64,000 nucleotides of DNA, from positions 384,001 to 448,000 of the forward strand of contig CAVSTP010000002.1 in assembly GCA_963730935.1 (NCBI GenBank), given 5' to 3'. The stretch comes from an uncultured Nitrospiraceae bacterium (lineage in GTDB: Bacteria > Nitrospirota > Nitrospiria > Nitrospirales > Nitrospiraceae). Position numbers and translations under genes: made by a program. This document shows positions 19,806 through 29,328 of the stretch, piece after piece (position 1 is the first letter of the stretch; every line of letters starts with the position of its first letter). The notes beneath the pieces were generated by a model, which made no database searches, was not told where the DNA came from, and worked only from the letters and a program-made list of their open reading frames with translations.

Positions 19806-20056
19806 TTTCTAAGATACTCTCATCCTATCAAGCCTCAATAAGAAAGAAAGCCGCTGGGAAGATCCCTAAAGTTGGTCCAAACAGTCTAGGTTTCCTGCTT
19901 ATAACTACCACGATTTGTGGGGGTTCGTGAGGATACGAATGGGCACGTTGAGCGTCCCCACCAATAGTCCGTCCTCACTTTGGAGATGAATCCGTACACG
20001 CTGAAGCTCGTCGTTCTGCTTGTTAGCATTGTCGGATATGCCGTCTTTGGCTTCCA

Positions 20057-20236
20057 TCATGCCTTTCCTTTCGGGAGATGGCCTTTTCGTTCCAAGTCCG
20101 CCACGTGATCAACCAGAAGTTGGACGACGTATTTCTGAATGCTTCGCCCTCCGCTCAAGGCAGCGGCAGCTTTTAATTTGTGCACGAGATCATCTGGGAC
20201 ATTGCGTAGATACAGAACCTTAGGCTTAGTAGCCAT
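20057..20236 (-). CDS. Ribbon-helix-helix (Arc/FitA-like) DNA-binding protein, copy 1
   Basis: LYLRNVPDDLVHKLKAAAALSGGRSIQKYVVQLL fits the RHH pattern. Confidence 0.75.
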   Translation of the reverse strand: MATKPKVLYLRNVPDDLVHKLKAAAALSGGRSIQKYVVQLLVDHVADLERKGHLPKGKA

Positions 20237-20289
20237 GGGCCGGCGATAATATCGCAACAACTCCGGCCGACACAACTCCTTTACCTGCT

Positions 20290-20317
20290 CACTAGCAAAG
20301 ACTATACTATGCTAGCA
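20290..20317. promoter_or_regulatory. Candidate RHH operator caCTAGCA-N12-TGCTAGCA overlapping a TATACT -10 box
   Basis: Two related 8-mers spaced by 12 nt between divergent genes; repeated at 29030-29057. Confidence 0.45.
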
Positions 20318-20371
20318 GATGTCGCAGAGCTGGCATTGATGATAAGCGCTGCGATTGTAAGCGAGTGTGAT

Positions 20372-20572
20372 ATGGCGAAGAGCAGCAAGCCGGACTTTCT
20401 AACAGAGGAGCGGCTCCTGGCGTGCCTCATGTTCCTGAGCAAACTGCGCAAGAGCGGCGTGACAAATATGTTCGAAATTCGGCTGAAACTGCGCCATGCA
20501 TTCCCCGATCTCACGACGCATCAAGCTGCCGAAGTCCTTGCGTACTGGATGTACACGTTCGCCGCTGCATGA
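20372..20572 (+). CDS. Small phage-like hypothetical protein (LRKSGVTNMF motif), copy 1
   Basis: 66-aa ORF; the motif resembles small phage proteins of the DUF5049-like 'R-x-G-x-TNMF' type (from recall, not searched). Confidence 0.55.
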   Translation: MAKSSKPDFLTEERLLACLMFLSKLRKSGVTNMFEIRLKLRHAFPDLTTHQAAEVLAYWMYTFAAA

Positions 20573-20588
20573 CCTGTTCCCGAGAGTC

Positions 20589-20909
20589 ATGATCGAGCGC
20601 AGCCATCAGAGATTTCCCGTCTCCCTGTCGGGAGCCCTCTTTGCCTATGACAAATCGTGGCCGGATACCATTCGATCGGTAGATCTTTCCCGAACTGGTT
20701 GTCGGATTGAAAACACGGTTCAGGTCGTTCCAGGCATGAATATCGCTCTCTTTCTGTTCCCTCCTGGAGAGGACAGTCCCATCGTTATTCATGACGCCAA
20801 GGTTCGGTGGTCTGGGGCTGAAGGCATCGGGATCGAATTCCACACTGTCGCCGACCGCTATCGAGACCATCTAGATCTCCTGATCAATCAACTGAAGCAG
20901 CCGCACTAG
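20589..20909 (+). CDS. PilZ domain protein, copy 1
   Basis: RSHQRFP (RxxxR), DLSRTG (DxSxxG), VRW and GIEF. Confidence 0.85.
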   Translation: MIERSHQRFPVSLSGALFAYDKSWPDTIRSVDLSRTGCRIENTVQVVPGMNIALFLFPPGEDSPIVIHDAKVRWSGAEGIGIEFHTVADRYRDHLDLLINQLKQPH

Positions 20910-21289
20910 CAGCTGTTAGGTTATTCGATAGATCCATTCGCCGCCATTATTGGCCTGACGGCGGGCTCAACGGCGTGAGCAGCCGTAACACGACGAAGGG
21001 AGCGGTGAAAGTGGAAGGCAGGTGATCCAGCCGTCGTCGGCGCCCACACCCATTTTTTAGCTAGCAAAATTTTAAACGAGAGACAGTTACTAGAGAAATC
21101 GAGAAGAGGAGGGGGCATTCCACTAGGCCATCTTGTAGAAGTGAAAACCAACTCCAACTGGAACTGTAAATGCTATAGAGGGCGTAAGGGTTTCTCCCAG
21201 GAATCGTCGACTTATAGAGATGGAGATTTCGTATGTACGAGTTGGGACTTGCGAACCGGAGACCGGGTAATGCCTTGCCGTTTTGTTGG

Positions 21290-21913
21290 TCATCGACTCT
21301 TGGCCGGAAGTCGAAGACCAATCGGCTTTCGTTGGGCTGAGGAACGATAAAGAGCCTGAACAATCTGGACATCAATTAACCCTTCCACGCCGGAAGATTC
21401 CGGTTCTCTGTACCGTCGAATACAATCCGAAAAGTAGACCAACTCTGCCGCGAACTGATCACTTGCAGGAAAGTGCGTAATCTTGGTTTCCCCATTCAGC
21501 GTGAGACGATGAACCAGCGGGCCGACGTATTCAAATCCAGGATCTACCTGTAAGCGTCCTTTCGTTCCTATGACCTCGTAGGAACTGACATCTGTGGCGC
21601 CGAAACTGCAGACGAAACTCCCGAGTCGTCCCTCGGGGAAAAGCAGTAGGGCACCTGACATTTCATCGACTTCACGAAAACGCCGATCCGTTCCTTTTAC
21701 CGCGAAGGTGCTGACTTCAATTGGATTTGCCTGTAACAGCGCCTGCTAAGCTCTCGCAGTTTGGTTTCGTCATCAGAAATCAATGTCGTAGTTCCGAGTT
21801 GGTTGCATGCGCAAAGGCTGGTAATACCGCTACCTGTGCAATGTGCCCCAGCCCCACTACGCCGTAACGGACACGTCTCCCCGATGCGATCCATTGCTTC
21901 TGGTTGTGTTCAT
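21290..21913 (-). pseudogene. Gfo/Idh/MocA (glucose-fructose oxidoreductase-like) pseudogene
   Basis: N-terminal RVRYGVVGLGHIAQVAVLPAF, then a frameshift to ISDDETKLRELS, joined directly to C-terminal FREVDEMSGALLLFP...DQFAAELVYFSDCI; the central part is missing. Confidence 0.8.
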
Positions 21914-22058
21914 GTCATGCCAGTCGTTCGTACCTGCCTGATCCGCATCGCATTTTTGTTACTACCTTGAGGATGATGAGTAGAGGAAGAAACTGGCTTC
22001 CCTGAACAGCCATGCCTGGGCTCTTTCCCTGTTTCTGATTCAGAGAATCAAGCGTAGA

Positions 22059-22490
22059 GTGATCTCTAGCATGGGACAGTGGATCTCCAAAGAAATGTTT
22101 GCATGGGTTTCGACCGCATCAGGCGTTGGGCTTCTCGTTCTCGCTATTGTTATCCCGTGGCTTATCGTGAAGATGCCGGTTGACTACTTTTCCCATCCCA
22201 AACGCTACAATTGGTTGGATCGGAAGCCTGTAATGGTCCGTATCCCCCTACGCATTCTGAAAAATGTTCTCTCCATCGCTCTGGTGATTCTTGGTGTCAT
22301 CATGTTTCTGACGCCGGCATCAGGTCTGTTTCCCATACTGCTCGGTGTTGTAATTGCCGATTTTCCCGGAAAACTCAAGCTCCAACGCTGGATCTTGTGC
22401 CGCAATAGCATTCGTAACAGTATGAATTGGCTCCGACGGAAATTCCGGAGGAAACCGGTCGAAATGCCTTCGAAGAGATTGGCCGCCTGA
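22059..22490 (+). CDS. Membrane protein, PGPGW-family-like
   Basis: Hydrophobic helices, MPVDYF, LKNVL..GVIMFLTP and DFPGK. Confidence 0.7.
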   Translation: MISSMGQWISKEMFAWVSTASGVGLLVLAIVIPWLIVKMPVDYFSHPKRYNWLDRKPVMVRIPLRILKNVLSIALVILGVIMFLTPASGLFPILLGVVIADFPGKLKLQRWILCRNSIRNSMNWLRRKFRRKPVEMPSKRLAA

Positions 22491-22782
22491 CGGTGAATTA
22501 GCGACGCCACTACCGACACGTTCTTCCCGATAATTCTGGAGAGGCGGCGAACTATCTGGCTAGGCGTGGGAGTCCTCATGAGGCCAGCCGCCCTGCCTGA
22601 ACATGGCCGGGGGTGGCTGCGTACCGGTTGCAGAGTGGCGAATAATTTGCAGGGTTCTGCCGTTACCTGCCTTCCCGAATGTGCTTACGAAACAGAAAAA
22701 TCATCCCCGCACAGTCACTGCAGAGTATGCGTGACCGCTCACGCATAGGCGTATCCGCTCCAAGTCATAACCTCGGAGAGAA

Positions 22783-23987
22783 TTACCCCTCTTGGACGGT
22801 GACACTGCCTCGCCCTACTTCAGTCGCCGTATTCTGTAAATAGAAGACAAACTCTACCGTGTGCAAGCCTCTGCCAAACCGGTTCGGTAGAACCGAAACA
22901 TTGTTGTCCCCGGGGAAGCTCCATGGGGCGCGGTATTTTCAGCATGGTGGAGGTTACTGTCCAAGAACACCTCCGCCATGAGATCCCGCGAGTCATTTAT
23001 GGATGCCGAGACTCCCCAAGGTCCCGTGGCCGGATTGCCTACCACCGTCACATTCACTGGCGTTGATCCAGACGATGAGGTCGTGCCTTCCTGCACCGTC
23101 ACGCTGCCGCGACCAACCTCGGTCGAGGTATTCTGCAAGTAGAACACAAACTCTACTCTGTGCGAACCGGTTCCGAAACGATTAGGAATGACGGAGAGGC
23201 CGTTGTCCTCGGGGAAGCTCCACGGGACGGTATTTTCAGTATGGTGGAGGGTACTGTCCAAGTATACTTTCGCCATGAGATCTCGTAAATCGGAGGTGGT
23301 CGCCGAGACTCCCCACGAACCGGAAGCCGGATTCCCCAAGACACTCACAGTGATCGTGCCCACGGGTGGTGGAGATGACGTAGACGTGGTCCCTTCCTGC
23401 ACTGTCACGCTGGCTCGTCCGACCTCGGTCGAGGTGTCCTGCAAGTAGAACGCGAACTCTACCGTGTGGGAGCCTCTGCCAAACCGGTTCGGTAGAACCG
23501 AAACATTGTTGTCCCCTGGGAAACTCCATGGGGCGGTGTTTTCGGTATGGTGCAGGCCACCATCTAAGTACACCTTCGCCATCAAATCTCGCGAATCCTT
23601 GACAGTAGCAGCGACTCCCCATGGTCCGATCGACGGTGTTCCGACCACTGTAAGAGTGACCGGCGTTGCAGCCGGGGGAATTGGAGGTCCAGAAGGACTT
23701 GACGACACCACGTTACTGCTGCCTGACTCGTTTCCGAGCAAATCATACGCCGTGATGAAGTAGTATTGCGTGACCGAGGGCGTACCGATATTGTAGCTGG
23801 TCACTTTCCCTAGCGTGGCAAACAGAGTGCCGCTGGACTTGTTACAGGATGACGTGGTGCATTGATAGACGCGATAGCCCGCCAATTCAGATTCGGTGTT
23901 TGCGTTCCATGACAGCGTCAACGCCTCGGCCGTAAGAGCCCACAACACGGCAATAGACACCGCAACGATGACTTTCACGCAGGTCAT
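22783..23987 (-). pseudogene. Secreted FN3-domain protein with three ~100-aa repeats, frameshifted in repeat 3
   Basis: Signal peptide; FN3 (LSWNANTESELAGYRVY...YFITAYD..GNES); repeats GPWGV..DLMAKVYLD..LHHTEN.PWSFP; the frame breaks near 22925 and the repeat continues in another frame to TAA at 22783. Confidence 0.8.
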
Positions 23988-24091
23988 AGGCAGACTCCTG
24001 TTGTAATTGCGCTCTCCTGTAAGCGGGCCGTTTGGAGAGCGGTTCTAAACAGCAAAGACTCTTGTCGGGTGTTTCGTTAAACGACGCGAGA

Positions 24092-24107
24092 GGCAATTGA
24101 CGTGCCT
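24092..24107 (-). promoter_or_regulatory. Sigma54-type -24/-12 promoter of the FN3 repeat gene
   Basis: Minus strand AGGCAC-GTCAA-TTGC about 105 nt upstream of the start. Confidence 0.55.
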
Positions 24108-24150
24108 TCGTTCGTCAAGAAGAAAAAGCAAGAAAACCATTCATTTTGGC

Positions 24151-24243
24151 GTGTGTAGGTAAGAAGAGACAGAGGAGGAGGTAAGAAGAGGCAGAGAGGA
24201 GAGGCAGAAGAGGAGGTAAGAGGCAGAAGAGGTGTGTAGGAAG
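24151..24243 (+). repeat. Purine-rich degenerate repeat tract bounded by GTGTGTAGG direct repeats
   Basis: Units GGTAAG(AAG)AG and AGGCAGA(AGAGG); GTGTGTAGG at 24151 and 24232. Confidence 0.7.
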
Positions 24244-24984
24244 TGTACCTAATTGAGAAAAACTGCAGCCAATTGCCTACGGATGCAAGTATAACTGAGA
24301 GACAAGTACTTCACTCGCCCGAGCTCCACAGTTTGGCGGATACCAATGCTACGCCAGGAACATTGAGTCTCCCTCCTGGTCAGCCATTCGGCAGCAACGT
24401 GACCGCCAGCACAGCATTCTTTACGCTCGGTACTCAGGAAACTAGTCCCTCAACTTTTGAAACTACTCTTGTAAAATTCACTCCTGGCGGTCCTGGCGGA
24501 GTCTTACCAATAAGTGATCAGTTTGCGCCAAAACTTGGTTTGGCTGTAGCGACGGCATGGTGTGTGCGCAGTGAAATCCTGTACAGCCCGAGTGAGATTT
24601 CCTTAAGGATGCAGGGGGCGCACGCTCTCTGCACCCTGCCTCATTGTAGCTAAACTGTGGCAGAACTATCGTGCCGAGTTGTGTTTGACTGCCATCAAAG
24701 AAGGGGAATCCGCAGCGTTTTCGTAGTTAAATAGTGACTAAATCGCTTCCCCTCAACATTATTTAACTTCCCCCGATCGCCAGCTGCATCAGCCCTTCAT
24801 AGTTTAGGCAATATGCGGCTCCTTGGCGCCCCATTGTTCTGATCGACCTGACCTCTTCAAATGCTGCACAAAGAGAACAAACTAGGGGAACCCACAGTAT
24901 TTGCAGACGAAAGACAGGTTCACAATTTCAACCCCTAAGAATAAGGAAATAGGACACGAACTCAGAATGAGGCAGGAGGACAGT

Positions 24985-25611
24985 ATGAGGCACGCTTGGG
25001 TTAATAAAGTCGGGATGTTGTCGCTGGTCGGCGTCATGGTCCTTGCTGGTAACACCTATGCGGGATCGAACCCTTATCCTGTGGGGGCTAGGGTTTTGGA
25101 TTCCACCTACAAACTTGTAGGGCCAGTGCTTGGAACCGATTCGGGGGTCACCAATCCGAACGTTGCACTAAATATCGCGGGATCTTCGATTGTCCTACAA
25201 GTCACGCGAGACTCTTTTCGGCACCATGCTCCTCTATATTTCACCGAGGTGAATTGCAGCGGGCAAGCGTACATCGAAATCGTGTCAACACCGGCTTCAA
25301 CGGCGGCGCCCGCGAAGGCACGGCCCGGGCAACCCGGAGTGTCGGAGTTGCTGATGAGCATGGCGAAACCTGAGAAGGGTGAGGACCCACTCGCTCCCAT
25401 GTTTCCATATATTAGCGTTATGAATAATGTGGTATATCAGCAACGGGCAAACACTGCCCCTGGTCCTGTAACGGCTGCCTCCTCCTATAATTCTCTTAAC
25501 CCAAAGGACGGCTGCCACCCCACTGATCGGAGATCTACTATGGTGATCGCCGATCCAATCGCTGACCTGGCTACCGAGTTCACACCGCCATTCAGCTTTG
25601 TCTATCCCTAG
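24985..25611 (+). CDS. Secreted hypothetical protein
   Basis: GGAGG RBS, signal peptide, LYFTEVNCSGQAY and C-terminal FTPPF. Confidence 0.7.
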   Translation: MRHAWVNKVGMLSLVGVMVLAGNTYAGSNPYPVGARVLDSTYKLVGPVLGTDSGVTNPNVALNIAGSSIVLQVTRDSFRHHAPLYFTEVNCSGQAYIEIVSTPASTAAPAKARPGQPGVSELLMSMAKPEKGEDPLAPMFPYISVMNNVVYQQRANTAPGPVTAASSYNSLNPKDGCHPTDRRSTMVIADPIADLATEFTPPFSFVYP

Positions 25612-25832
25612 ACAGGGCAGGAGTGTGCAAAATGTATTAGGCCGTTCCGGAGCCACCTGCGAGGTATGCAGGAAGAGAAACCACGTCCAAGCTTGAGTTC
25701 CCTGCCATTTCTTACACGCTCCGATTTACCTCAGTGCAATGCGTAACGGCGTCGAAAATACCGGTAGAATCGCCTCCCCGCTTTACTTCAGGGCAACCCG
25801 GATCGGCGGGGTTAAATAATGACCTAATCGCT

Positions 25833-25847
25833 TCCCCGCAACCAACC
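25833..25847 (+). repeat. att-like copy of the tRNA-fMet 3' end
   Basis: TCCCCGCAACCAACC is identical to 19573-19587. Confidence 0.75.
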
Positions 25848-26271
25848 TTTTCAAGAGAGGGTTAGGGCCCACATGGCCATAGCCGTATGGTGAAATCCAC
25901 TCCGCTCTACTTCATGGCCAGGGCTACGCCCCCTTGACTGTGCACACGAGGAGATTATCCACGAGCTATCGGTTCTGGACAATGGTGCTTTGACCATAAA
26001 GAAGAATCACTCGGCTCGCCGGACAAATGATCTGATCAACGACAAGTTTTCCTTACCATTGCGTTCTTACCTTGACCGCTTACCCTATCGTGACCCCCAG
26101 TGAAATAGGTTGCTGTCGCGTCTACCTTCGTTCCTGCCGGGGAAACCATCAGCGGAGCCCGGCCAAGTGTCTACAACGTTCGTAAACGATAATGCACCCA
26201 ATTGGTTCGGTGCGCCTCTTGCTTTCTGCAGTCCTCATTTGCAGGAAGCCGACGCGATTGGAGAGCCAACC

Positions 26272-26694
26272 GTGGATTTCGCCGAATCCACACCACCGAC
26301 TCGCACGACAGTGCTTATTATCGATGACAATTATCACGACCGTAAACATTGGTCCAATGCTCTCAGAGGTCCTTCTTTTAATTATTTGGTGTTGGAAGCG
26401 CCCGATGCTGATGACGGTCGCAAGATTTTGCAAAATCAAAAAGTGGATTGTGTTCTCTTAGATTTCGATATGCCGCTATGCGGCTTTTTTACCCTCATAG
26501 AATTAGTTCCTGATCGGGAGCGCCCAAACATTGCCGTCATCATGCTCACGTGTCTGGTTCATCCACTTTGGTCTGAGCTGACGAAGCAGAATGGTGCCCA
26601 GGCATGGTTAGTCAAACAACATACCTCTACTGAGATTTTGCATCATGCCATCCACAAGGCTATAGGCTCAGTCAAATCGCTGCGAGGCTCCTAA
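26272..26694 (+). CDS. Single-domain response regulator
   Basis: VLIIDD, DCVLLDFDMP, VIMLT and LVK; GTG start assumed. Confidence 0.85.
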   Translation: MDFAESTPPTRTTVLIIDDNYHDRKHWSNALRGPSFNYLVLEAPDADDGRKILQNQKVDCVLLDFDMPLCGFFTLIELVPDRERPNIAVIMLTCLVHPLWSELTKQNGAQAWLVKQHTSTEILHHAIHKAIGSVKSLRGS

Positions 26695-26757
26695 CGCGAA
26701 CTCTGGACAGGCGCAAGATAAGCCTTCTCACCATCCCGAATTTCGAAGGTACATTTC

Positions 26758-26946
26758 ATGCCGCTCTCAAACGAGGTACAGAAGTTTACCAGCGCTTGTG
26801 AGCTTCTCATTGCGGGCATTGCGATGTATCGACCACTCACCGAAGATGAGCGGTTGCTGATCAAGCACTACTGCAATGAAGTGCTAACCAAAGTTGATCA
26901 TCCACAGACCAATTCCGCGCAAGTCGAAATTCCTCTGTCCCCGTGA
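26758..26946 (+). CDS. Small LTEDER-family protein, paralogue A
   Basis: ACELL...LTEDERLLIKHYCNEV; GAAGG RBS. Confidence 0.7.
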   Translation: MPLSNEVQKFTSACELLIAGIAMYRPLTEDERLLIKHYCNEVLTKVDHPQTNSAQVEIPLSP

Positions 26947-27176
26947 GTTCACTCTTTTTGTTAGTCCCTAGCGGTATGGTGCGTGCAGGTTGTCCAGTTA
27001 ATGAGAACAAGTTGTCTACAAAGGGGTGCGAAGTTCTCAAAAGATGAGCCAAATAACGAGCAATTGATTCGGTGCGCCTCTTGCACCTAGCACATACACT
27101 TTATTCGCCGCGCTGCCTAATCACGGCCACCTCACCGTATTGTCGGATGTAGTCAAGGACACTTAAGGAGGCCCAT

Positions 27177-27548
27177 ATGAAATTGAGATGGCCATTGGTA
27201 GCAAGTCTGTTTTTCCTATGCATGCTGTTCGACTCGCCACTGCCTTCTCTCGCAGACTCCTTGGATAAAGCCGCCATCAAAACCGAAAAACAGAAAATGG
27301 AAATGGAGCGGGAGGCCCAAACAAAGCGGCATGAAATGGAACGGGAGGCGCAGAAGGACAAACATGCAAGGGAGCGCCAGGAGCGTAAACAAGGCGAAGA
27401 CTTGATGGGGGAAGCAGAGAAACTCCAGCAGGAGCAGCGCAAACACAAAGAAGGGATGGCGCGGGAAGAAGAGAAACACCAAAAGGAAATGGCCCGCGAG
27501 GAAAGGAAACACCGAGAGGAAATGGAACGAGGCGGACAGAGTAATTGA
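27177..27548 (+). CDS. Secreted, highly charged coiled-coil protein
   Basis: AAGGAGG RBS, signal peptide, EMEREAQ and MAREE repeats. Confidence 0.75.
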   Translation: MKLRWPLVASLFFLCMLFDSPLPSLADSLDKAAIKTEKQKMEMEREAQTKRHEMEREAQKDKHARERQERKQGEDLMGEAEKLQQEQRKHKEGMAREEEKHQKEMAREERKHREEMERGGQSN

Positions 27549-27680
27549 TGCCGAGCGATCTCAGATCATTGCTTTTACTACCCCTGCTCCGCCGAATAGT
27601 CCGGTCGCAATTGGATCAACAAGGTCAATTCCCAGTCTCTCATCTAGGTCAGTGAATGAACATCAATATAAGGAGGTAAT

Positions 27681-28055
27681 ATGTGGGCCATTTTCTTGGT
27701 TAGCCTGAGCGTCGTCTTCATGGGACCCTCAATAGGATCAGCAGTGGACCTTCAAGTAGTAGATAAGAATTGTTGGATCGAGATTTTCGATGACGACGAA
27801 TATGATGAGGACGATCCGCATGTCAAGATCCAAGGGCCCGCAGAGTACGCCACTTTGAAAGATGTCTTTGGGCGCAATTGGAGCAATGACATTGAAAGCG
27901 TGATTGTGGGCACCAATGCGACCGTGAAGGCCTGGATGAATAAAGACTTTGCGGGGCCGGAAATTACCTTTACCCCCGGACAACGCGTGCCAAAACTTTC
28001 GAAATTCAAGATGTCCAATAACATTGAATCCATGAAAATCACCTGTGGACCTTAA
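27681..28055 (+). CDS. Secreted beta/gamma-crystallin domain protein
   Basis: AAGGAGG RBS, signal peptide, CWIEIFDDDEY, WSNDIESVIVG and NNIESMKI. Confidence 0.8.
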   Translation: MWAIFLVSLSVVFMGPSIGSAVDLQVVDKNCWIEIFDDDEYDEDDPHVKIQGPAEYATLKDVFGRNWSNDIESVIVGTNATVKAWMNKDFAGPEITFTPGQRVPKLSKFKMSNNIESMKITCGP

Positions 28056-28083
28056 CCGGCGAGTCGGCTACCAGTCGGGTATT

Positions 28084-28142
28084 AACATTGCTGAATCCAA
28101 GAGGAGGAGCCCGCTCACCGAAAGGGAGGCGGGCTCTTTTTT
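28084..28142 (+). terminator. Terminator hairpin, a truncated third copy of the candidate sRNA
   Basis: AACATTGCtgAATCCAAGAG-GAGCCCGC...GCGGGCTC-TTTTTT. Confidence 0.7.
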
Positions 28143-28372
28143 ACCACTTTCTTGGCATAGCCCATGCTAGATGCTGCCGGCGCGAAAGCCATTGTGCTTA
28201 ACTTCATAGATCCAGTCTCAGTCATCGAAGGGCTGGGGCTGTTGAATGGGCGACAGAGGTTGGGGAACACTTGCCGGAAAAGTGTGGTTGTCATGTCTGA
28301 CGCCACTACATTCTTCTCATCGACGACGATCCCCACTACCGTGTTTATTACGCACAACGCCGCAGGCTTGGG

Positions 28373-28624
28373 ATGTCCGACGCCAAGATCTATCCATTCA
28401 AGGGAATGGTCGGCTGTGCTCCCGAGCCGCCAGCCAGTCGGATCAGAGAGATCGAGCAGATTTGCAAGAATACAAAGAACAGCCAGTTTCCCTATGTCGT
28501 GAAATTTAAGTCAGGTGATATTCACTGTCTGATCGACAATGCCAAAATCAGCAATGTGTCTGTCTTTCGTGAGGATACGAATGGCACGTTGAGCGAGGTA
28601 CAGTTCCAGCCCTGCGAGCAATGA
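28373..28624 (+). CDS. Hypothetical protein
   Basis: 83-aa ORF only; no motif recognised. Confidence 0.35.
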   Translation: MSDAKIYPFKGMVGCAPEPPASRIREIEQICKNTKNSQFPYVVKFKSGDIHCLIDNAKISNVSVFREDTNGTLSEVQFQPCEQ

Positions 28625-28796
28625 CCTTGCTACCTCTTATGAGCCGATTCAAAAAGCTTGCTTGAACAGGCCGTCACCGCTTCCCGCATAAGCGTCCCCA
28701 CCAATAGTCCGTCCTCACTTTGGAGATGAATCCGTACACGCTGAAGCTCGTCGTTCTGCTTGTTAGCATTGTCGGATATGCCGTCTTTGGCTTCCA

Positions 28797-28976
28797 TCAT
28801 GCCTTTCCTTTCGGGAGATGGCCTTTTCGTTCCAAGTCCGCCACGTGATCAACCAGAAGTTGGACGACGTATTTCTGAATGCTTCGCCCTCCGCTCAAGG
28901 CAGCGGCAGCTTTTAATTTGTGCACGAGATCATCTGGGACATTGCGTAGATACAGAACCTTAGGCTTAGTAGCCAT
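28797..28976 (-). CDS. Ribbon-helix-helix protein, copy 2
   Basis: Identical to 20057-20236. Confidence 0.75.
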   Translation of the reverse strand: MATKPKVLYLRNVPDDLVHKLKAAAALSGGRSIQKYVVQLLVDHVADLERKGHLPKGKA

Positions 28977-29111
28977 GGGCCGGCGATAATATCGCAACAA
29001 CTCCGGCCGACACAACTCCTTTACCTGCTCACTAGCAAAGACTATACTATGCTAGCAGATGTCGCAGAGCTGGCATTGATGATAAGCGCTGCGATTGTAA
29101 GCGAGTGTGAT

Positions 29112-29312
29112 ATGGCGAAGAGCAGCAAGCCGGACTTTCTAACAGAGGAGCGGCTCCTGGCGTGCCTCATGTTCCTGAGCAAACTGCGCAAGAGCGGCGT
29201 GACAAATATGTTCGAAATTCGGCTGAAACTGCGCCATGCATTCCCCGATCTCACGACGCATCAAGCTGCCGAAGTCCTTGCGTACTGGATGTACACGTTC
29301 GCCGCTGCATGA
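29112..29312 (+). CDS. Small phage-like hypothetical protein, copy 2
   Basis: Identical to 20372-20572. Confidence 0.55.
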   Translation: MAKSSKPDFLTEERLLACLMFLSKLRKSGVTNMFEIRLKLRHAFPDLTTHQAAEVLAYWMYTFAAA

Positions 29313-29328
29313 CCTGTTCCCGAGAGTC

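Larger units (their letters stand above)
19951..20914 (+). repeat. 964-bp direct repeat, copy 1
   Basis: Matches 28691-29654 at an offset of 8740 bp; only one difference noticed (20847 G vs 29587 A). Confidence 0.95.

Noticed and set aside
19734..19898. Repeated element as a c-di-GMP or other riboswitch
   Set aside because: Lacks the c-di-GMP-I P1/P2 consensus, and neither full copy is directly followed by a clear gene; kept as an sRNA candidate instead
24151..24243. Possible CRISPR or mini-array
   Set aside because: No constant repeat with unique spacers and no cas genes
24243..24653. 136-aa ORF
   Set aside because: No recognisable motif; possibly a gene remnant, but not supportable
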